Shown one piece after another: positions 38,101-43,489 of a DNA stretch of 43,489 nt (position 1 is the first letter of the stretch; each line of letters starts with the position of its first letter). Position numbers and translations under genes: made by a program. The notes below the pieces were generated by a model, which was not told the origin of the DNA, ran no database searches, and was given only the letters and a program-made list of their open reading frames with translations. This stretch comes from Myxococcota bacterium (GTDB lineage: Bacteria; Myxococcota_A; UBA796; GCA-2862545). Location: contig JBEBJC010000001.1 of the NCBI GenBank assembly GCA_040080105.1, positions 1-43,489 on the forward strand, given 5' to 3'.

Positions 38101-39271
38101 GCTGTCGTTCGAGGACGCCCGCGCGCGCCTGCGGGTGCGCAAGGACCGGATCGACGTGCTGTCCCTCGACGGCGGGCTCGGGGGCGGGACGTTCAGCGGC
38201 TCCGGGACGATCGAGGCCGAGGGGTGGATCCCCACCCGGTACGACCTGCGGATGAGCGCGAAGGACGCGATGGTCCAGTGGGTCGAGTCGCTCCCGCCGG
38301 CGATCGGCGACGGCACGTTCCAGTTCGACGGCCCGACCAACGCGTTGCTCCTGTCGGGCGAGGTGCAGGTCAAGGAGATGGTGTTCGCCGACCGCATCGA
38401 CTGGGAGGACTCGGTCGTCGAGTACCGCGACTGGATGTTGGTCGACCCGGCGTCGGTGAGCGACGAGCCGCCGATGTTCAGCCTGAACGTGAAGATCGAG
38501 GCCGACGACACCATCCACCTGCAGAACAACATCGCCGAGGGGCGGGCGGTCGCCGACCTGCGGGTGATCGGCGACACCGTGCGGCCGGGCCTCGTGGGCA
38601 CGGTGGTGGTCGAAGACGACGGGATGGCGTTCCTGCAGGACCGCGAGTTCCGCATCGACCGCGGCATCTTGTTGTTCAACGACCCGTGGACCTGGGATCC
38701 GCAGCTCGACATCTCGCTCATCACCGACATCACGAGCCGCGACACCCGGTACCGGGTCGACTACCAGGTGCAGGGCCCGTTCTCGAACTGGCACACCGTG
38801 ACCCACTCCGATCCGTCGCTGCCCCAGGCCGACGTGAACGCCCTGTTGTGGTTCGGCGTCACGACCGACGAGCTCGAAGAGATGGGCGAGCTGTCGACGG
38901 CGGTGGTCCAGGGCGTGGCCGACATGATGCTCACCGACTTCTTCGTCAGCGGGCAGGCGGGCGACCTCGACCAGGGGCTACCGGACTTCCTGTTCGACCG
39001 GATCGACCTCGCGACCGGGGTGAACGCGCGCGGGGAGTACTCGTCCGAGCCGCGGCTGGTGATCGAGAAGCGGGTCGCGAACTTGGGCGACGTCGACCTG
39101 AAGGGCGAGGTCAACATGATCCGCCCGGACGAGATCTACGGTAAGGCCAGCTGGAAGATCGGCGGCATCTGGAGCCTGTCGGGATGGTATTCGACGCTGC
39201 AGCGCGACCGCGTGCTGCCGATCGGTGGCGCCTACGGAGTGGACGTGCTGGCCCGGTGGGAGATCGAGTAG
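35198..39271 (+). CDS. tamB: TamB-like translocation and assembly module protein (AsmA-like / DUF490 C-terminus)
   Basis: 1357 aa with an N-terminal signal-anchor (VLLLSVVVLVALAVGWL). The body is long, repetitive and beta-rich, and the DUF490-like C-terminus ends ...GGAYGVDVLARWEIE. Confidence 0.85.
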   Translation: MMVKEAPKSKAPPAVLPATPAPAEPRSPRRRPVKVVGRLFRRVAQVLLLSVVVLVALAVGWLRSDDFQIRAMGVAENLIETALGEEATLTRVSVQFWPPGVDVEGFHVFSAETGETLLSAEQIQVPLAIGWTGPRVGQITLRGPTIHLQLDERGKLVEFENRRTGGRPLRRLPWSSLRVLDGTVLLTHPNATVELSGLALQPRHPWDPTTDLSAALNIEVRDPNSDRTFTDSAQISWSGVVLGPDVIEVPDLAIATRTLDLTGRATVPLRGALDVDLSARARLDEIESILAPPRKVHGVVDLDLHLGGPASDPVATVAVSGEGLGLDMPGVFTPLLTYEFGAMSGSAVASKAGVDIEQVVLPWANGRVVAWGRITPDKRLEDGHVTLEDVSLAPLLQAFDGAPHPWIDFSADGEIAWSGTLAPLDLQGTLDFGVADLEVANQPIANLAGRTGASRRADLMLEIPTAYAQGSLRLEKTHILLELPTVRGPNNSGTASIDIGFGPRGPLDLSFDLVEADLSTFQPLGEVGLKGTGNVYGRIAGPFNKLQFVGRGDVRDFEVLGIEYADHLVADLSSPNMKSIWLDGADATLGSSHYTGRYSIDFRPPISMSTEIRIDHGRVEDMVNMFVDLDGLRGDLTGTLALDGPLMDMSGEAHLDLRNSEIYGETFPVGEAHGYMDQGVFTLDDLRVRRDEGRAGVTLRGKVDRAWKLDMELVADGFDLAKLDRLEPYDLNISGKLGGVSRITNTLFDPSPDGRIWLTDLRYAGVSAGDSAIKFDTEGGVAAFRGDVFGKAAHVDGTLGLWQEQPYALTARLDALPAHLFYPVAADGSPITAEVSGTVDVSGDLGAEWSPVAIAANLADVQLRYQKHHLKNETPWIWSQEGNRFELQDINLSGGSTRLALTGTGVDPLDLQGGGTVDLDLLRAVVPGLDKSTGTAEVKVYASGSRPNVEAVVDVDVRSELFRHSAAPLSFEDARARLRVRKDRIDVLSLDGGLGGGTFSGSGTIEAEGWIPTRYDLRMSAKDAMVQWVESLPPAIGDGTFQFDGPTNALLLSGEVQVKEMVFADRIDWEDSVVEYRDWMLVDPASVSDEPPMFSLNVKIEADDTIHLQNNIAEGRAVADLRVIGDTVRPGLVGTVVVEDDGMAFLQDREFRIDRGILLFNDPWTWDPQLDISLITDITSRDTRYRVDYQVQGPFSNWHTVTHSDPSLPQADVNALLWFGVTTDELEEMGELSTAVVQGVADMMLTDFFVSGQAGDLDQGLPDFLFDRIDLATGVNARGEYSSEPRLVIEKRVANLGDVDLKGEVNMIRPDEIYGKASWKIGGIWSLSGWYSTLQRDRVLPIGGAYGVDVLARWEIE

Positions 39272-39290
39272 ACGGTCGGCGGAGCACCCC

Positions 39291-42200
39291 GTGTTGATCG
39301 GATGGATCGTCGCCCAGGCCGTCGCGCAGGAGCCGCCGGCCCCGGACGTGCCGTGGTGGGTCGGCCTGCCGGTGGCGCAGGTGAACTTCGCCTCGCCCGA
39401 GGGAGGGCTCCCGGACGAGTCCCTCGACGCGTTGTTGCGGGTGGAGCAGGGGGAGCCGCTCGACCCACACGAGATCGCCCAGGACCTGGCCACGTTGTTC
39501 CAGGTCAACGAGTTCTCGGCGGTCGAGGCCAGCGTGGCCCCGTGGGTGATCGAGGACCCGGACGGGAACCCGCGGCCCGCGGTGGAGCTCACCTACGTGG
39601 TGTACCCGGCGCCGCGCATCGCCCACACCGAGGTGTCGGGCGACAAGCGGTTTCGCGCCCGCGCGCTGCTCGGCCAGACCGGCCTCACCCGCGGCCAGGT
39701 GTTCTATCCCGAGACCGACGCCGACCCGGTGGCCGCGCGGATCGAGCGGTACATGGCGAGCCGCGGTTGGACCGACGCGCGGGTCCAGGTGCGCACCACC
39801 GAACCCGAGCCCGGGCTGATCTACGTCGCGATCAACGTGGTCGACGAGGGTGAACCGAACCGGGTGGAGCGCCTCACCTTCACCGGCGACATCGAGGGGG
39901 TCGCGAGCGAGCGCCAGCTCCGCCGGTGGGCCCGGCGCGCCGGGGTCGCCGAGGGGCGCCCACTCGCGGCCGACGCGATCCTCGAGGCCCAGCAGCAGAT
40001 CCACGAGCGGCTGGGCGCGATGCGGGGCGGGTGGTTCCGCCGGCGCACCGCATGGATCGAAGCCCGGGTCACCCCGCTCGCGATCCGCAGCGCCGACGGC
40101 GAGGGGGGCACGAGGATCACGTTCGCGATCGAGCCCGGGCTGCGGCTCGAGCTCGAGGTGAACGGGCTCGACGCGCGGACGGTCGAGCAGGCCCTCGGGA
40201 TCGACCACCGGCTCCGGCTGACCCGCGGGTTCGTCGAGCAAGCCGACGAGAGGCTGGAGGAGGCGCTGCAGGAGCGGGGGTGGCTCCACGCCGAGGCCAC
40301 CGTGCGCGAGCCGCGCGAGTACCCCGAGCAGCGGCTGCAGGTGCTCGAGGTCGACGTGGTCCGCGGTGAGCGAGACCTGATCGGCGACATCCCCGATCTC
40401 CCGAACGTCGACTACGACTTCCAGCTCACCGACGTCCCCGAGCCGGCGGAGCGGGCGCGGGAGGCGCGCGAGCTGCAGGCAGTGTTCGAGCAGGCGTCAC
40501 CAGACGTGCTCCGGCGCGACTTCTACACCGTGCGCGAGATGGAGGTCGGGCTCGCGGCCGCCGAGCAGTACTACGTGGACCGGGGGTACCTCGACGCCGA
40601 GCTCGAGCTGCTCGAACCACGGTTCCGCACCCGCGCGACGCTCGCCAACGCGTGGCGGATGGTGGTCGGCGCGCCTCGCAGCCAGCAGCTCACCCCGGTC
40701 GTGTCGATCACCCGCGGGCCGTCGACGGTGTTGTCTGCGCTCGAGGTGCGGGGGGCCGCGCCCGGGGTCGCGCTCGAGTGGCTGCCCGAGGCGCGCGCGG
40801 CGCGAGTCGGCCAGCCGTTCTCCCCGCAGCAGATCGAGGTCCTCGCGCGGCGCGTGCTCGAGGAGCACCGCGCCCAGGGGTACCTCGAGGCCGACGTGCG
40901 GGTGCAGCACACCGAGAGCGACGAGCACCAGCGCTCCTCGGTGATCGCGGTCGAGCCCGGCGCCCAGATCCTGCTCCGGTCGGTGTTGGTGCGCGGGACC
41001 CGGTTCACCCGGCCGTGGTTCGTGCAGAACGAGATCGACCTGGCCCTGGGCCAACCGGTGACGTCCGAGGCGCTCGACGAGATCCGCACCGACCTGTACG
41101 AGCTGTCGATCTTCCGCTCGGTCGACCTGCAGCTGCTCGGAGACGAGGACGCCCGCGACCTGATCGTCACGCTCGACGAGCGCGCCCGGACCGCGTTCGA
41201 GATCGGCCCCGGTCTGTCGACCGACCAGGGGATCCGGACCAGCCTGCGGTTCACCCGGTACAACCTGTTCGGCCTCGGGCAGCGGTTCGACGCGGTCGGT
41301 CAGATCGGGCTCGCGTTCCGGTCGTCCGAGGTCACCGACTGGGTCCCGGACGTGAACAACCCGGAGTGGCGCGGGGCGCTGTCGTACACCGCCCCGCGGT
41401 TCCCGTTCCGCGGCACCGAGCTCGTGACCGACGTGTTGCTGCGCGAGCGGCGGCAGGAGCGGACCTGGCAGATGGACCGCACCGGCGGCGGCGTGGCGCT
41501 GCAGGCGGAGCTCGGGCGGACCCAGCTGCGGGCCGGGGCGCGGGTCGAGTCGCGCCAGCTGCGCGAGGTCGACCGCGGGGTGATGCTCGAGGGCGACCCG
41601 TGGACCTCGCTGGTGGTCCAGCAGGACACCCTCGCCGTGCCGTCCACCTGGCGCTGGCAGGAGTCGCTCACCGCCCTCGCCCTGTACGACCGGCGCGACG
41701 ACACCCTCGCCCCGCGGTCGGGCTACCTCGTGTCCGTCGACGGGGAGTGGGTGCCGGGCCTGCCGTGGGATCAGCTGGTCCGCGGGCAACAACCTGCGAA
41801 GTTCGTGAAGACGAACGCGCGGCTCGCCCTGTACCAGCCGATCGGCGAGTTCACCCTGCACGGCTCGGCGGGGGGCGGGTACATCCACTCGTTCGCCGGC
41901 GTGCCCCCGCTCGAGGACCGGTACCGCCTCGGCGGCACCGGCTCGTTCCGCGGGTTCGTGCGCGACGGCGTGGGGCCGCGAAACGTGGCGCCCAACCTCC
42001 AGGTGGACTGGCCCGCCGGGATCGGCCCGGTGATCGACTACGCGCTGCGGGACGAGCCGAGCCGGTGGACGCCGACCGGCGGGGACGTGTCCGCCACCGG
42101 CACGCTCGAGCTGCTGGCGCCGCTGCCCGCGTTCGGCCTCACCGCGTGGGAAGGGTACGCGGCCGAGGTGTTCAGCGACTTCGGCAACGTGTGGCTGAGG

Positions 42201-42416
42201 TCGACCGACTCGGACGCGGCCGAGGTCGACGCCCCCCTGCTGCGGTACAGCGTGGGGCTCGGCCTCCGGGTCACCACGCCGATCGGCCCGCTGCAGGTCG
42301 ACGGGGCGTGGAACCCGGCGGTCACCCTGGGGAGCCCCGAGCGGAAGGCGTTGCTGGTGGACGAGTGGCAGGAGCCCGCGTTCCGCGCCCACCTCGCGCT
42401 CGGAGCGCTGTTCTGA
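39291..42416 (+). CDS. Omp85-superfamily outer-membrane protein (BamA/TamA-like) with extended POTRA region
   Basis: GTG at 39291 (GGAG 6 nt upstream) gives the signal peptide [18 protein letters not shown]-like repeats span about 650 aa. The C-terminal surface-antigen (D15) barrel ([13 protein letters not shown]..., [21 protein letters not shown]) ends in ...ALGALF. Confidence 0.85.
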   Translation: MLIGWIVAQAVAQEPPAPDVPWWVGLPVAQVNFASPEGGLPDESLDALLRVEQGEPLDPHEIAQDLATLFQVNEFSAVEASVAPWVIEDPDGNPRPAVELTYVVYPAPRIAHTEVSGDKRFRARALLGQTGLTRGQVFYPETDADPVAARIERYMASRGWTDARVQVRTTEPEPGLIYVAINVVDEGEPNRVERLTFTGDIEGVASERQLRRWARRAGVAEGRPLAADAILEAQQQIHERLGAMRGGWFRRRTAWIEARVTPLAIRSADGEGGTRITFAIEPGLRLELEVNGLDARTVEQALGIDHRLRLTRGFVEQADERLEEALQERGWLHAEATVREPREYPEQRLQVLEVDVVRGERDLIGDIPDLPNVDYDFQLTDVPEPAERAREARELQAVFEQASPDVLRRDFYTVREMEVGLAAAEQYYVDRGYLDAELELLEPRFRTRATLANAWRMVVGAPRSQQLTPVVSITRGPSTVLSALEVRGAAPGVALEWLPEARAARVGQPFSPQQIEVLARRVLEEHRAQGYLEADVRVQHTESDEHQRSSVIAVEPGAQILLRSVLVRGTRFTRPWFVQNEIDLALGQPVTSEALDEIRTDLYELSIFRSVDLQLLGDEDARDLIVTLDERARTAFEIGPGLSTDQGIRTSLRFTRYNLFGLGQRFDAVGQIGLAFRSSEVTDWVPDVNNPEWRGALSYTAPRFPFRGTELVTDVLLRERRQERTWQMDRTGGGVALQAELGRTQLRAGARVESRQLREVDRGVMLEGDPWTSLVVQQDTLAVPSTWRWQESLTALALYDRRDDTLAPRSGYLVSVDGEWVPGLPWDQLVRGQQPAKFVKTNARLALYQPIGEFTLHGSAGGGYIHSFAGVPPLEDRYRLGGTGSFRGFVRDGVGPRNVAPNLQVDWPAGIGPVIDYALRDEPSRWTPTGGDVSATGTLELLAPLPAFGLTAWEGYAAEVFSDFGNVWLRSTDSDAAEVDAPLLRYSVGLGLRVTTPIGPLQVDGAWNPAVTLGSPERKALLVDEWQEPAFRAHLALGALF

Positions 42417-42419
42417 CCT

Positions 42420-43489
42420 TCAGTGGCGGAAGTGCCGCACGCCGGTGGTGACCATCGCGATCCCGGCGGCGTCGGCCGCGGCGATGACCTCCGGATCGCG
42501 GATCGACCCGCCGGGCTGAATCACCGCGGTCACCCCTGCGTCGGCCGCGACCTGCAGGCCGTCGGCGAACGGGAAGAACGCGTCGCTCGCGAGCACGCAG
42601 CCCGCCACCGGCCGGGTCGCCTTCTGCACCGCGAGCCGCACCGAGTCGACCCGCGACATCTGACCCGCGCCCACCCCGTTCAGGGCGGCGCCGCCGTCGG
42701 TCGCGACCGCGAGCGTGATCGCGTTCGACTTCACCCCGCGGCACGCCGCCCACGCGAACCGGAGCGCGCGCACCTCCGCGTCGGTCGGGGCCCTCTTCGT
42801 GACCACGGTGAAGCCGGGCTCGGCACCCAGATCCCAGTCTTGCACGAGCCACCCGCCCTGGATCCGCCGCGCGTCCCACCCGGGCGGGCGCCCTTCGGTC
42901 CACCCGGCGGGGAGCTCGACCACGCGGAGGTTCTCGCGGGTCGACAGCCGCGCGAGCGCGTCTCCCTCGAACCCCGGGGCCACCAGCACCTCGAAGAACA
43001 CCTTCGACGACTTCACCGCCGCGACCGTCTCCGGGGTCACCGGGCGGTTGAACGCCAGCACCCCGCCGTACGCGCTCACCGGGTCCCCGGCGAGCGCCTC
43101 GCGGAACGCGCCCGGGAGATCGGCGGCGACCGCCGCTCCACACGGGTTGTTGTGCTTGACGATCACCGCCGCCGCGTCCGGTCCGAACTCGAACGCGATC
43201 CGCACCGCGGCGTCGAGATCGGCGAGGTTGTTGAACGACAGCTCCTTGCCCTGGTGCTGGCGCAGCGCGGACAGGTTCCGCCCGCCGCCGGCCTCCCCGT
43301 AGAACGCCGCCCGCTGGTGCGGGTTCTCGCCGTAGCGCAGGTCCTGGACCTTCCGCAGCCCGAACGACAGCTCAGACGGGAACGAGGTGTCCGCCGCCGC
43401 CGAGGCGAGCCAGGTCGCGATCACCGCGTCGTACCGGGCCGTGTGGCGGAACGCCGCGATCGCCAGCTCCCGACGGAGCTCCTCCGAGG
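42420..43489 (-). CDS. purH: Bifunctional AICAR transformylase / IMP cyclohydrolase PurH, C-terminal part (gene continues past window end)
   Basis: AICARFT-domain motifs ([42 protein letters not shown]-like [10 protein letters not shown]) and the terminal RHFRH. The frame stays open to the window edge. Confidence 0.92.
   Translation of the reverse strand, partial: SEELRRELAIAAFRHTARYDAVIATWLASAAADTSFPSELSFGLRKVQDLRYGENPHQRAAFYGEAGGGRNLSALRQHQGKELSFNNLADLDAAVRIAFEFGPDAAAVIVKHNNPCGAAVAADLPGAFREALAGDPVSAYGGVLAFNRPVTPETVAAVKSSKVFFEVLVAPGFEGDALARLSTRENLRVVELPAGWTEGRPPGWDARRIQGGWLVQDWDLGAEPGFTVVTKRAPTDAEVRALRFAWAACRGVKSNAITLAVATDGGAALNGVGAGQMSRVDSVRLAVQKATRPVAGCVLASDAFFPFADGLQVAADAGVTAVIQPGGSIRDPEVIAAADAAGIAMVTTGVRHFRH

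Overview
This is a very GC-rich (about 70% by eye), densely coded chromosomal segment with about 40 protein genes and one tRNA. Several start/stop overlaps are 4 bp, and convergent gene ends are tightly packed. The protein repertoire suggests a Myxococcota/deltaproteobacterial-type genome, but that is inference only. It includes a PEGA domain, many lipoproteins with Asp/Thr-rich linkers, two sigma54 enhancer-binding response regulators, a globin-coupled histidine kinase and an ECF sigma/anti-sigma pair. Most of the content is housekeeping or cell envelope: asnS, ettA, a GST, glgA, mreB, purH (partial), tolQ-tolR-tolA-like-tolB, a Ppx/GppA phosphatase, tRNA-Gly(CCC), tamB plus a 1041-aa Omp85 protein, a PpiD-like chaperone with an M48 protease, and an M1 metallopeptidase lipoprotein. 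I saw no transposase, integrase, prophage, CRISPR array, toxin-antitoxin pair or recognisable defence system, so I regard this as mostly ordinary core genome. Six things deserve a second look. (1) A heme-centred sensing cluster: USP, globin-coupled kinase, tandem di-heme cytochrome, USP, and a convergent sigma54 regulator. (2) A minus-strand envelope module (TlpA, a DUF6029-like beta-barrel, ECF sigma, anti-sigma) facing a four-Cys lipoprotein. (3) A DHDPS/NAL-family protein whose Schiff-base lysine appears to be replaced by Met. (4) A bacterial FAN1-type SAP/VRR-NUC nuclease next to a di-heme lipoprotein. (5) A tol cluster lacking pal/cpoB and translationally coupled to ppx. (6) An inverted tamB-then-Omp85 arrangement with an unusually long POTRA region. 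All calls come from reading the translated ORFs and the DNA by eye; no searches were run.
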